From contig OZ243916.1 in the NCBI GenBank assembly GCA_965213675.1, positions 1,728,001 to 1,792,000 on the forward strand: a DNA stretch of 64,000 nt. The letters run 5' to 3'. Of the stretch, positions 51,540 to 61,492 are shown one piece after another; within the stretch, counting starts at the first letter, position 1; each line of letters opens with the position of its first letter. Below the pieces are notes generated by a model, which saw only the letters and a program-made list of their open reading frames with translations, made no database searches and was not told the origin of the DNA. The position numbers and the translations under genes were made by a program. Source of the DNA: an uncultured Candidatus Binatia bacterium (GTDB taxonomy: Bacteria; Desulfobacterota; Binatia; UBA9968; JAJDTQ01).

Positions 51540-52907
51540 TTACCCCTGTCCGCCCCTGGACTCCCGCTTTCGCGGGAATGACGTTTCGGCGGGACGCCCC
51601 CGCTGCGGCTCCTGGTCAAGGTCGAACAAGTCCCGAACGGCGTCGTCGTACGCCCCGTCGTCGCCCGGCCCGTGCTTGAGCCGGGTGAGGGGGGCGTGAA
51701 GGATCTTGTTGATCATGGCCGCGGTGAGATCCTCGATGGCCCGGCGCTCCCGCTCGGACAGGTCCTTGAGGCTCGATTCCAGCGATTTCCTGATCTCCCC
51801 CTGACGGATCTCCTCGAACTTCCGCTTGAGCGCCACGATGGTGGGGACCTGATCCAGGGACGTCAACCACCGATGAAACGCCTCCACCTCCTGATCGACG
51901 ATGACTTCCCCCTTCTCCGCTTCGCTCTCCCGCCCCCGCAGGTTCTCCCGCGCCACGCCGGTGAGATCGTCCACGTGATAGAGGTAGACGTTGTCCAGGC
52001 CGTTGATGAGCGGGTCGAAGTTCCGCGGCACGCCCAGGTCGATGAGGAACATGTTGTCCTGCTTGCGCTCGCGCAGCACCTCGGCCGCGGTGTCGCGCGT
52101 CATCAGCGCCTCCTCCGACTCCACCGACCCGATGACCACGTCCGCAAGTCTGAGATAGCGGCCGTAGTCCTCGAAACGGATGGGGCTGGCCTCGAAGCGG
52201 TCCGCCAGCTCCACCGCCTTCTCGAAGGTGCGGTTGGTAATCATCAGACTGCGCACGCCGCTCTCCACCAGGTGGCGCACCAGCGCTTCGCCCATGGCGC
52301 CGGAACCGATGACCATGACGGTCTTCTCCTCCAGCCTGTCGAAGATACGCCTGGCCAGGTCCACCGCCACCGAACCCACGGACACCGGCCGGTTGGCGAT
52401 GCCGGTGTCCTGCCGCACCCGCTTGGCCACGGCGAAGGAGCGATGGAAGAGGCGGTGCAGAATGCTGCCGACGGTGCCGGCCTGCTGCGCGAGGGCGTAG
52501 TACTCCTTCAACTGACCCAGGATCTGCGGCTCGCCCACGACCATGGAGTCGAGGCTCGAAGCCACGCGGAAGACGTGCCGGACCGCCTTCTTGCGCGCGT
52601 GACGGTAGAGATGGTCCTGGGTGGGCTTCAGGGGGACATCGCGCTGACTCTTGAGGAAGTCCTCGATCTCGGCGAGTCCGGCGTCACCGTCGCGCGCCAC
52701 GGCCACCACCTCCACCCGGTTGCACGTGGACAGGATCACCCCCTCGTTCACCGAGGGCCGCGCCAGCAGGTCCTGAAGGGCGCCGTCCACGCGTCTGGTC
52801 GGAAACGCGAACTGCTCCCGCACCTCCACGGGCGCGGTGCGGTGATTCACCCCGACCACGAGGATCTGGTGGAGAACATCTCGCGCCGGTTCACTCAAAG
52901 CGTCCAC
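51540..52907 (-). CDS. hemA: Glutamyl-tRNA reductase
   Basis: GVNHRTAPVEVRE, LSTCNRVE, SSLDSMVVGEPQILGQ, IGSGAMG, IDLGVPRN. Confidence 0.96.
   Translation of the reverse strand: MDALSEPARDVLHQILVVGVNHRTAPVEVREQFAFPTRRVDGALQDLLARPSVNEGVILSTCNRVEVVAVARDGDAGLAEIEDFLKSQRDVPLKPTQDHLYRHARKKAVRHVFRVASSLDSMVVGEPQILGQLKEYYALAQQAGTVGSILHRLFHRSFAVAKRVRQDTGIANRPVSVGSVAVDLARRIFDRLEEKTVMVIGSGAMGEALVRHLVESGVRSLMITNRTFEKAVELADRFEASPIRFEDYGRYLRLADVVIGSVESEEALMTRDTAAEVLRERKQDNMFLIDLGVPRNFDPLINGLDNVYLYHVDDLTGVARENLRGRESEAEKGEVIVDQEVEAFHRWLTSLDQVPTIVALKRKFEEIRQGEIRKSLESSLKDLSERERRAIEDLTAAMINKILHAPLTRLKHGPGDDGAYDDAVRDLFDLDQEPQRGRPAETSFPRKRESRGGQG
51556..51583 (-). repeat. REP-like palindrome inside the hemA 3' end
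   Basis: Minus strand CGTCATTCCCGCGAAAGCGGGAGTCCAG, translated as SFPRKRES in the HemA tail. Confidence 0.75.
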
Positions 52908-53712
52908 CGTGACGGCTCAGGAAGAAAGCGTCGCCCCAGAGAAAGTAAGCGAGCACGATAAGGAATCCGGCGATGGTCCAGAGCGCCGCCTTGCGCCCGC
53001 GCCAGCCCGCGGTCAGCCGGCCGTGGAGCAGGATGCCGTATAACAGCCACGTCAGCGCGGAGGTGATCTGGCGCGGATCCCAGGACCAGAAATTGCCCCA
53101 CTGATCGTGCGCCCATACGCTGCCCGTGAGAATGCCCAGAGTCATGAACGGGAAGCCCCAGACCAGGAACGTCTTGTTGAGACGGTCCAGGGTCTCCAGG
53201 GCCGGCACGGTACGGCTCAGGCCGGTGGTGCGCTTCTGCTTGAGTTGGCGCCGGACCACCAGGTAGATGACGCTCACCGCGAACGCCAGCGCGAGGACGG
53301 CGTTTCCCAACAGCGCCAGCGTCACGTGCAGCGGCAGCCAGTAGGTCAACAGCGCGGGCGACGTGTCCAGGCCCGGTTCTCCCAGGGCGATGGAGCGGAG
53401 CGACATGAGAAACGCCAGCGGGGCGACGAAGCCGCCCAGGATGGGGAGCCGGTACTGGAAGTGAACGGTCAGATAGACACCCACCATCAGCCAGCCGTAG
53501 AACGAGTGCGTGGCCGCGGTCTGGGCAAGGGCGGGGAAACCCGCGTCATGAAACAGAAAGGCGAACTTTAGCGCATGGCCGGCAAACCCGGCGAGCAGCA
53601 ACCACTGACCCGCCCGGGAGAACGACTCCCGTTGGAAGAACAGGTAGAGGATGAATGCGCCGGTCGCCAGCAGGTAGAAGCCTGCCGTGGCCTGAAGGAG
53701 GCTCTGGTACAT
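52891..53712 (-). CDS. ccsA: Cytochrome c assembly protein CcsA/HemX family
   Basis: About 8 TM helices; LHV, LETLDRLN, GSVWAHDQWGNFWSWDPRQ (WWD-like), GWRGRKAA. Confidence 0.88.
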   Translation of the reverse strand: MYQSLLQATAGFYLLATGAFILYLFFQRESFSRAGQWLLLAGFAGHALKFAFLFHDAGFPALAQTAATHSFYGWLMVGVYLTVHFQYRLPILGGFVAPLAFLMSLRSIALGEPGLDTSPALLTYWLPLHVTLALLGNAVLALAFAVSVIYLVVRRQLKQKRTTGLSRTVPALETLDRLNKTFLVWGFPFMTLGILTGSVWAHDQWGNFWSWDPRQITSALTWLLYGILLHGRLTAGWRGRKAALWTIAGFLIVLAYFLWGDAFFLSRHGGRFE

Positions 53713-53723
53713 GATCTCCGACG

Positions 53724-53753
53724 ATTATATCGCAACGGCGGAGCATGGTGTAA
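53724..53753 (-). promoter_or_regulatory. Candidate promoter of the ccsA-hem operon
   Basis: Minus strand TATAAT (53729-53724) shortly before the GGAG RBS; weak -35 (TTACAC). Confidence 0.4.
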
Positions 53754-53831
53754 CCGGCGCATGGGTGACGCGCGCCCGCACCCGTCGCGCGGCGCCAAGG
53801 GCCAGCGCGGCCGGGCCGAAGCGCTGGCCGA

Positions 53832-55520
53832 TCAGGATTGCGTGCCGGGAATTCTGAGGCGCTGGCCGGCGCGTATCCGGTGCCGGTCGCGGATGGCGTT
53901 GGCGCGTTGGAGGGCGGCCAGCGACACCCGGTAGCGGTCCGCGATGGTGGAAAGCGTCTCCCCCGGACGCACGCGGTGAAACACGCGCCGTCGCTTCACC
54001 ACCTTCCGGGACACATGCGTCGCGGACGACTGGCGCGGGATCGCCAGCCGTTGTCCGACGCGCAAACGCCGGACCCGCTGCACGCCGTTCGCTCGGCGAA
54101 CAGCGCGCGCCGTGGTGCCGTGGAGTTTGGCGATGTCCCAAAGTGTGTCGCCGCGCCTGACCACGTGGTACGAACCCTTTTTGTCACGGGCCACGGCCGC
54201 CGCCTGGCGTTTTGCCACCTGTGGCTTGCCCGCCACGGCCTTGGGTTTCTCCTCCACCCGCGGTTTCGACACCACCTTGACGGTACGCTGCTGCTCACGG
54301 GATCTGGCCGGCGACCGGCCCGGAATCGCCAGCCGCTGCCCCACGCGCACGCGGTGAACGCTCCTCAAGCCGTTGGCGGCCTGGATCGTGCTCGCCGACG
54401 TGCCATAGGCTTTCGCGATCTCGGAGAGCGTATCCCCCCGGCTCACCACGTGATAAGGAAACGACGAGCTCGGACCGACGCTCGCCAACGCCTTTCGGTA
54501 CCATTGCCCCTGAGGCTCCGGCGCCTTGAGCCGGTAACCCTTCGGCAGCCACGTCGCATGACGGCTCAATGCCGGATTCCACTTGAGCAGCTCCGCGCGC
54601 GACACCCGGTTGTGACGCACCAGCGCCGCGATCGATACGCCTTTCGTGAGACGGATCTCTTCCATGTGCACCAGCGAATCGAAGCGGACGTGGGGCAGGT
54701 GCCGCTCGACCTCGCGCATGATGTGCACGGCCGCGATAAACTCCGCGTAGAAGTTCTTGGAAGCGAACTTGAAAGTGCGGCTGCGATAGCGTCGGATGAT
54801 CGTGGCGATGTCCCGCGTGCCCACCCGGCGCACCGCTCGCTTCATGCCGGCGCGGCCATGGTTGTAGGCGGTCACTGCCAGCGGCCACGTGCGGAGTTCC
54901 CGATAGTTCTGCTGCAAGAGCCGCGCCGCCGCCCGGGTCGCCTCCATGGGGTCCCTGCGCTCGTCCAGCAGCCGCGTCACCCGCATGTACTCCCGCCCGG
55001 TGCGGGGCATGAACTGCCACATGCCAACCGCGCCGCGAAACGAACGCGCGTCGTTCCTGAACGACGACTCCACCAGAGGCAGATAAGTCAACTCTGCCGG
55101 AAGTCCGCGGGCGGCGAAGATCTTCCGCATGTGTTTCATGTAACGCCCGGAACGGCGCACACCGGCCTCGAAACGCTCACGGATGCCCCGTTGGGCCTTG
55201 ATTCGGCGTGACGGAATGCCGCGCCGCTGGAGACGCGCGCGCACCGAACGAAACACCCTCCGGCTGCTGGCGCCCTTCTTGACCCGGACCACCTCGTAAA
55301 TCCTCGACATGTTCCCGGGATCGAAGAATACAAGCTGATCGGAATCGTAGTCCAGGAAGATCGCCTTCCAGAACTTCACGGCAGGCTCAAGCCCTCGGGG
55401 TATGGCGAACGGATCGGGTTGTACGTGGGCCTGCGCCCGCGCGGACGCGTCGGGCGCGTGGAACAGGCCGGCACAAAGGAGCAGGACAAGACTCGTCAGG
55501 ACCACGAAGAACCGTATCAC
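53832..55520 (-). CDS. MltD-like lytic transglycosylase with three LysM domains
   Basis: GTG start with signal peptide; LPLVESSF, AVGMWQFM, AYNHG; three HVVxRGDTL/GETL LysM repeats. Confidence 0.9.
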   Translation of the reverse strand: MIRFFVVLTSLVLLLCAGLFHAPDASARAQAHVQPDPFAIPRGLEPAVKFWKAIFLDYDSDQLVFFDPGNMSRIYEVVRVKKGASSRRVFRSVRARLQRRGIPSRRIKAQRGIRERFEAGVRRSGRYMKHMRKIFAARGLPAELTYLPLVESSFRNDARSFRGAVGMWQFMPRTGREYMRVTRLLDERRDPMEATRAAARLLQQNYRELRTWPLAVTAYNHGRAGMKRAVRRVGTRDIATIIRRYRSRTFKFASKNFYAEFIAAVHIMREVERHLPHVRFDSLVHMEEIRLTKGVSIAALVRHNRVSRAELLKWNPALSRHATWLPKGYRLKAPEPQGQWYRKALASVGPSSSFPYHVVSRGDTLSEIAKAYGTSASTIQAANGLRSVHRVRVGQRLAIPGRSPARSREQQRTVKVVSKPRVEEKPKAVAGKPQVAKRQAAAVARDKKGSYHVVRRGDTLWDIAKLHGTTARAVRRANGVQRVRRLRVGQRLAIPRQSSATHVSRKVVKRRRVFHRVRPGETLSTIADRYRVSLAALQRANAIRDRHRIRAGQRLRIPGTQS

Positions 55521-55560
55521 ATGAGACTCCTTCGAAAGAATCCGCTGGTCCGGTCGAGTA

Positions 55561-56196
55561 CTATACGAAGTCGCAGGGTATCTGCGTGGGACCGTATCCC
55601 TGCCAGTACTTGCGGGTCTCCGGGTCGTACCGTCCCTGCAGGAACGTGCCCGGCTTCTCCGCGCGCACGATGATGGCCACCGTACGCTCCTCGCCGCTCT
55701 GCTCGGCATGGATCTGCCACGGCCGCACAAGGTCGATCTTGCCGCGTCCCACCTCGGCATTCTCGGTCTTTCGCACTTCCGCGTAGTCCGGCCTGGAACC
55801 GTCGTCCAAGCGCTCGTAACGTTCGATGCTCTCGCGACCGTCGAGGACACCGTACAGCGTCCAGTTATGCGCGTGGTCATGGATGCTGGTGCGCGTCCCC
55901 GGCGCCTTGACGAGTCCGTTGATGACGAACCCGTGGTCCGGATCTTCGTACAGGAGCAGGTTCTGCGCCCGTTGCCCACCATCGGCCGCGGTGAGCCCGC
56001 CCTGATCACAGGACGGCCAATCCTCGGACTGCGCCCTCACGCCGGGGTCCGCCAGAAGTTCGCTCAGAAGCGACCCCATCTTTTCCCAGCGTTTGTCCAC
56101 GTCGGGCTCATCCTCATGGAGTTGCCGAACGGCCCCGATGAACCGCTTGGCGGCGGTCTGCTCCGCATCCTGGATCGGCATGGGACGTGCGCTCAT
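55561..56196 (-). CDS. Cysteine dioxygenase-like cupin protein
   Basis: LLYEDPDHGFVIN, TSIHDHAHNWTLYGV, YERLDDGS, QIHAE (3-His cupin); AAGGAG RBS. Confidence 0.78.
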   Translation of the reverse strand: MSARPMPIQDAEQTAAKRFIGAVRQLHEDEPDVDKRWEKMGSLLSELLADPGVRAQSEDWPSCDQGGLTAADGGQRAQNLLLYEDPDHGFVINGLVKAPGTRTSIHDHAHNWTLYGVLDGRESIERYERLDDGSRPDYAEVRKTENAEVGRGKIDLVRPWQIHAEQSGEERTVAIIVRAEKPGTFLQGRYDPETRKYWQGYGPTQIPCDFV

Positions 56197-56299
56197 GGTG
56201 TCTCCTTGGTTTCGTGGGCAAGGTTGCCGAATGCGAGTGAGGAGCGGGGACGGCCGCCCCGTGGAAAAACTGACAGTATCCGAGGATCGAGCGCGCCTG

Positions 56300-57226
56300 T
56301 CAACCCGCATCCGCGCCCTTGACCACCTGCACGCGACTCGCGTCACGCAGTTTGTCGAAGCGGTCCTTCTCCACCTCGAAGTACTGGGAGTGGGTGGAAC
56401 TCTTCAGGATGTAGCGATCCCCTTCCCCTGGCGCCGCCACGGCATGCTCGACGGGGGCGCCCTCCTTGAGCTCGACGGTGTACCGCACCACCGGCCTGCC
56501 GCCCTCGAAAAGCGCCTGGCCGCCGGCGCCGAGCACGTCCGTGAACGTCACCTCGGAGATCCTCTCGACCATCTCCTGCACGGGTTCGGCGTCGGTCTGC
56601 TCGTTCTCGCGCAGGTCTTCCACCTGGAAACCGCCATCCTGCGCCTTCAAGGCAAAGGCGCCCATGTCGATGCGGGCAATGTCCTCCACGGGCAGCTTGA
56701 GCGCGTCGGTGTCGTACCACAGGCTCGGGTCCGTGGGCGCGTCGAAGGCATTGAAGTCGATGGCGTAGGTATGCTCGTCGCCGTCGAGGCGTGCGTGAAC
56801 TTTGCGGAAACCAGGAGACGACCCCAAGTAGACGTCGCCGAGCACATCCTCTCCCTTGAGGAAACGCACGCGCCGCTCGAACGCGTCCAGGGTCACCTTG
56901 AACTGACGGGCCGCCACCAGCGTCTGCCCCACGGGCCACGCCCGCCTGGCCCCCAGAAGCTTTTCCGTGAACTGCTCGAAATTCGCCGGCAACACCGGGA
57001 AATCGCCCTTCTCCGGCAACACCCACTGATCGCCCTTGCGCGTCATGCGCAGCAGCGCCTCCCCCGGCTGCTCGATGGTGACCGTATCCGCGCTGTCCAT
57101 GGGCACGGCCACCAGCGGCGCATCGGCCTTGAACGGGTCGGGCGTGTCGCCCTCCAGATGAACCCAAGCCACGAGTCCCGCCTGAAGCGCCAACAACAGC
57201 ACCAGAAACTTGATGGATCGGCTCAC
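56300..57226 (-). CDS. DUF4340 domain protein
   Basis: N-terminal TM followed by a periplasmic domain; usual partner downstream of GldG-type genes. Confidence 0.7.
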   Translation of the reverse strand: MSRSIKFLVLLLALQAGLVAWVHLEGDTPDPFKADAPLVAVPMDSADTVTIEQPGEALLRMTRKGDQWVLPEKGDFPVLPANFEQFTEKLLGARRAWPVGQTLVAARQFKVTLDAFERRVRFLKGEDVLGDVYLGSSPGFRKVHARLDGDEHTYAIDFNAFDAPTDPSLWYDTDALKLPVEDIARIDMGAFALKAQDGGFQVEDLRENEQTDAEPVQEMVERISEVTFTDVLGAGGQALFEGGRPVVRYTVELKEGAPVEHAVAAPGEGDRYILKSSTHSQYFEVEKDRFDKLRDASRVQVVKGADAG

Positions 57227-57262
57227 GCTGAACGCTCTCCGTATGACAGCACCGGGTTGAAT

Positions 57263-60172
57263 TCAGACCGCCAGCACCCGGTGGTAGCGGTCCCGCGCGC
57301 GGCGCAGATGGTAGTGGTGGCCGCCGTAGACAAGCGCGAGCCCCATCAGCACCAAGGCGTAGTTGAAATACTCCCAGAACGCCTTCTGCTCCCTCGTCAT
57401 GGGAACCAGCGTGCGCGCGAAACGGGCACGGCTGCGGATGGACAGCAGCGCCCGGTCCTCCAACGCCCAGTCCACGAGGTTCTCGATGAACTGCAGCGAG
57501 TTGACGAAGCGGTCGTTGGCCGCCGCGCGCGAGAGCTGCAACGTCTGGTCGGTGAACGCATCATTGGAACCGACGATGATGATGCGCGCCGATTCCGGCG
57601 ACTTGTCGATCAGACCCGTCACCACGGGCTCCGGCTCGTCTTCGGCCGCCTCCTGCGCGGTTCCGGCGGTCGCCTCTGCCTCCGGCTTCTCCTCATCCTC
57701 GTCCCTGGCCAGCAACGGCGACTCCTTGCCCGCGAAATACGAGCGGAAGACCCCTTCCACGACCCCGGCCAGCACCTGCGCCTCCGGCTGTCCCTCGCGC
57801 TCGAATCCCAGCTTGGGATGAACCTTGTAGTCGGGATGCACCTTCAAGGACCCTGACACCCAGGATTCGCCGGAACTGGCGAGTAGCGGCGTCGCGCGAA
57901 CGACCCCGGCCTCGTCGTCGGGAAGCGACAGCGGCGACGCCCAGCTCAAGGTCAACTGGGGCAGCCGGGCCGTGATGGGATTGTCCTCATTGAGTCCGCG
58001 CCCCCGCACATCGACGAAATAGGGATAAGGCACGAGCTGAAGCTCACGCACCGTGAAGGCGCCCACCTTCCGGTTCACCGTCACCGGGAAGGACTCGTTC
58101 TGCGGGTCCAGCACCAAGGTCTTTCGGACGGTCACGCCGTAATGCTCAAGCAACGGTTCGAGACCGGAGGCATGGGAGCGCGCGGCCAGCCCGGCCCGGG
58201 TTTGCGAAACCGCGTAGGGCGACGTCAGCAGCGCCACGGAACCGCCCTTCATCAGGAACTGGTCCACGGCGAACCGCTGCCTGGCCGTGAAGTCCGCGGG
58301 CGCCGCCAGCAGCAGCAGGTCCACATTCTCCCGCGCCACCCCGGACTTCAGGTCCACCAGCGTGACGCGGTAATTCTCCTGCAGCTTCTGCGCCAGAAAC
58401 CGGAATCCGCGCTCCGGCGGCTGGGGACGCATCCCAGGCTGCTGGGGCGGCCGCACCGGAGGCACGTGAATGCCCACGGTCTTGATGAAGCCCGGAGCCA
58501 GGCGCCGCAGCGCCGCCTCGATGCTGCGGCGGATCGCCTCCTGGTTGAGCTTCTCGGGCAGGGGCACCTGCACCGTCGTGCCCTGGTTCTTCATGAGCAT
58601 GTAGAAGTAGAACTTCCTGGGATCGAGGGGACCCAGGGTCATCGGGCGAAACCCGTGACGCTCCGCAAGCTGCCGGGCCACCGCGCCGCCATCCGCCTCC
58701 GGGTCAATGACGACGTACTTGAGCTTCCCGTCCGACTCCTTGCGCAACTCCCTCAGCGAAATCAACAACTGCCGCCGGACCACCGCCATGGACTCCGGCA
58801 ACTTCTCCGCGGGGGAGACGTACGCCTCGAACTCCACGGGCTGATCCACGCCGGCGAACAGCGCGCCGATGTCCTGAAAGCCGTACAGCACCTTCTTGAT
58901 GCCGCGGGCCAGGTCGTATTCCAGGTTGCGCAGGCGCACCCGCGTTCCCGTCCGCCCGCCCTGGACTTCGATCAGGTCGGAAAAGCGCAGCACCTCGTGC
59001 TTGTCGCCGTACTGAAGCAGCAGGTCGAAGTAGGAGTTGACCAGTGAGTTCTGATAACGGTCCACCGTGCGGAAAGGAGTCGGACGGATGTTGTAGCGCT
59101 GGTTGGCCTCCTCCTCCAGATCGGGCTCCTCCCGCGGGTCCACGAACTCGGCGCGCACGCGACCGCCGCTGATGGACTCGATCTCGCGGATGGTGTCGCG
59201 GATGCGCGGCATCAGCGGCATCAGCAAGGGATGGGTGCGGGCGCTGAAATAGCCGCGGATCAGCAGCGGCTCCTGCAACTGGGCGACGAGGTCCCGTGTC
59301 GCTTGGGAAATGGAGTAGTCCTGGTCCGCGGTGAGGTCCGCGCGCACCGTCACGCCGCGCTGCAGCCAGAAGTTGGCCAGCACGAAGTTGACGATGACCA
59401 GGGCGGTGGCCAGCCGCCACGCCCGGTGGCGCCCTGCCTGCCCTTCCCTGGACCAGCGCAGCCGCTCCAGGGAAAAGACGTTCAGAGCCAGGAAGACGCC
59501 CACGACGCTGACGTAGTAGTAGACGTCCCGCAGGTCGAGAATGCCGCGGGTGATGGACTCGAAGCGCACGCCGGTGGCCGCCAGCCCCAGGTATTCCGCC
59601 CATTGATTGCCCGCCAGGGAACCGAAGGTCAGCGAGCCCAGGAGATAGAACACGAAGCCGATCACCGTGGTGAGGATGAGGCTCGCGATCTGGCTCTCGT
59701 TGCGCGCGCTGACGTACAGGCCGATGGAACAGTAGGCCGCCGCCAGCAGCAGCGACGCGACATAGGCCCCCAGAACCGGACCCCAATCCAGGGGTCCCAT
59801 GAACGACACGGTGGCGGGCACGCCCACGGTGAGCGCCAGCGCGATGGCCACCAGCCCCAGGCAGGCAAGGAACTTGCCCAAAACCAGGTGGAGCGTCTTC
59901 ACCGGCAGGGTGAAGAGGAACTCCAGGGTCTCCATGCGCCGTTCCTCGCTCCACATCTTCATGGTCAGCGCGGCGCTCAGGAAGATCAGCAGGATCGGCA
60001 TCCACTCGAACAGCGGACGCACATCGACGATGTTGCGGGAAAAGAACTGTTCCACCCAGAAGAAAATGAACAGGCACACCGCCGAAAACGTCCCCAGGAA
60101 GATGAACGCCACCGGCGACGCAAAGTAGGTGGAAAACTCCTTCTTGGCGATGCTCCAGATGCTACCCGCCAT
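57263..60172 (-). CDS. Fused GldF-like ABC permease / GldG-like auxiliary protein
   Basis: KEFSTYFASPVAFIF, WSEERR..TLE.L.TLP, RADLTADQDYSIS, AVDQFLMKGG, FIENLVDW, LLSIRSR. Confidence 0.85.
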   Translation of the reverse strand: MAGSIWSIAKKEFSTYFASPVAFIFLGTFSAVCLFIFFWVEQFFSRNIVDVRPLFEWMPILLIFLSAALTMKMWSEERRMETLEFLFTLPVKTLHLVLGKFLACLGLVAIALALTVGVPATVSFMGPLDWGPVLGAYVASLLLAAAYCSIGLYVSARNESQIASLILTTVIGFVFYLLGSLTFGSLAGNQWAEYLGLAATGVRFESITRGILDLRDVYYYVSVVGVFLALNVFSLERLRWSREGQAGRHRAWRLATALVIVNFVLANFWLQRGVTVRADLTADQDYSISQATRDLVAQLQEPLLIRGYFSARTHPLLMPLMPRIRDTIREIESISGGRVRAEFVDPREEPDLEEEANQRYNIRPTPFRTVDRYQNSLVNSYFDLLLQYGDKHEVLRFSDLIEVQGGRTGTRVRLRNLEYDLARGIKKVLYGFQDIGALFAGVDQPVEFEAYVSPAEKLPESMAVVRRQLLISLRELRKESDGKLKYVVIDPEADGGAVARQLAERHGFRPMTLGPLDPRKFYFYMLMKNQGTTVQVPLPEKLNQEAIRRSIEAALRRLAPGFIKTVGIHVPPVRPPQQPGMRPQPPERGFRFLAQKLQENYRVTLVDLKSGVARENVDLLLLAAPADFTARQRFAVDQFLMKGGSVALLTSPYAVSQTRAGLAARSHASGLEPLLEHYGVTVRKTLVLDPQNESFPVTVNRKVGAFTVRELQLVPYPYFVDVRGRGLNEDNPITARLPQLTLSWASPLSLPDDEAGVVRATPLLASSGESWVSGSLKVHPDYKVHPKLGFEREGQPEAQVLAGVVEGVFRSYFAGKESPLLARDEDEEKPEAEATAGTAQEAAEDEPEPVVTGLIDKSPESARIIIVGSNDAFTDQTLQLSRAAANDRFVNSLQFIENLVDWALEDRALLSIRSRARFARTLVPMTREQKAFWEYFNYALVLMGLALVYGGHHYHLRRARDRYHRVLAV

Positions 60173-61094
60173 GGCTGCCTCTCTCCGACACTTCACGGAA
60201 CACGGTCTCCAGGGTGCGCGCCTGCTCACTCAGGAAGTAGATGTCCCAGCCGCCCTCCACAGCCGCCCGCGCCACGCCGGGGGCCACCGCGTCCGCGGGG
60301 GCTTCGATCTCCAGGGCGTAAGTCTCGCCCCGCGACCCCTCCGCCGGCACGACGGCCGCCACTCCCGGAAGCTCCCCCAGGCGCGCGCCCGCGTCGTCGG
60401 AAGGATTGCCGAGTCCCACCACCAGGCGGTTGGACTGCCGCAGCTCGCTCAACCGGGCGTCCACCGCAATGCGCCCCTGCACCATGATGATCACCCGCTC
60501 GCACACCGCCTCCACCTCCTGGAGGATGTGCGTGGAAACGATGATGGTGGCGTTCTCGCTCAGATCGCTCACCAACGAGCGCATCTGGAAGATCTGCGCC
60601 GGGTCCAGGCCGTTGGTGGGCTCGTCGAGAATCAGGATCTCCGGCTCGTGGACGATGGCCTGGGCCACCCCCAGCCGCTGCTTGTAGCCCTTGGACAGCG
60701 TCCCCACCGCATCCAGCGCCCGGTCCGCCAGCCACGTCCGCTCCAGCGCCCGCCGGAGCGCAGCCGGCCGTTGCGCGCGCGCCACCCCGCGCAGGTCGGC
60801 CACGTACTCCAGGTAGCGCACCACCGACATGTCCGGATAAAGCGGCGCGTTCTCCGACAGATAGCCCAGCCTGCGCTGGATGCGCAGCCGCGCCTCGGAA
60901 ACCGGCATGCCATCGATGACCACCGACCCCGCGGTGGGCTCGATGTACCCGGTGAGCATCCGCATGATGGTGGTCTTGCCGGCGCCGTTGTGCCCCAGAA
61001 GACCAACCACCTCCCCCTTGCCGATGGAAAACGAAACGTCGTCCACCGCCACCACGTCGCCATACTTTCGGGTGAGACCCTCGACCTCGATCAC
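60162..61094 (-). CDS. ABC transporter ATP-binding protein (GldA-like)
   Basis: GHNGAGKTT, LSKGYKQR, LILDEPTNGLDP, STHIL. Confidence 0.92.
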   Translation of the reverse strand: MIEVEGLTRKYGDVVAVDDVSFSIGKGEVVGLLGHNGAGKTTIMRMLTGYIEPTAGSVVIDGMPVSEARLRIQRRLGYLSENAPLYPDMSVVRYLEYVADLRGVARAQRPAALRRALERTWLADRALDAVGTLSKGYKQRLGVAQAIVHEPEILILDEPTNGLDPAQIFQMRSLVSDLSENATIIVSTHILQEVEAVCERVIIMVQGRIAVDARLSELRQSNRLVVGLGNPSDDAGARLGELPGVAAVVPAEGSRGETYALEIEAPADAVAPGVARAAVEGGWDIYFLSEQARTLETVFREVSERGSHGG

Positions 61095-61247
61095 GCTGCA
61101 CCTTCTTGGGCCGGACTGTTCACTGTTCAGGTTTGGAATTTTCGAGATGGTTCGAGATGGGCCATTCGCAGCCGAACGAACCATTTTTTAGCAGATCGGG
61201 ATGCCGGGTGCGAATCGGGAACACCTCACCCCAGCGGGTCATCGAAC

Positions 61248-61419
61248 CCAGGAGCTTGCGCCGTAGGAATTCACGGCTGCAAATCCGCTCTCATTCGTCC
61301 CTTCCCATCGGCCGCTCGATTTCGTCAAATATGACATGGTATTCTCCTCAATCGACCAGCCGAAGGGACGGCGATAGCGAATTTTCGCTTTCTCGAATTC
61401 CTGCGGCGCAAGCTCCTGG
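61248..61419. repeat. About 170-bp element with terminal inverted repeats (MITE/REP-like)
   Basis: ccaggagcttgcgccgtaggaattc ... gaattcctgcggcgcaagctcctgg, with inner arms cgtcccttc/gaagggacg. Confidence 0.7.
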
Positions 61420-61492
61420 CCGGCAACAAACGACGGCCATACGCGGCGCGAAACACGCGGACGACCTGAAACCACCCTCCGGGAATGATCCT

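Noticed and set aside
53832-56009. 725-aa ORF suggesting a large N-terminal extension on the lytic transglycosylase
   Set aside because: The extension is an alternate frame of the cupin gene; the signal peptide and RBS point to the GTG at 55520.
61106-61492. N-terminal extension of the CCA enzyme
   Set aside because: It runs through a palindromic repeat and the divergent promoter region and has no protein-like signal.
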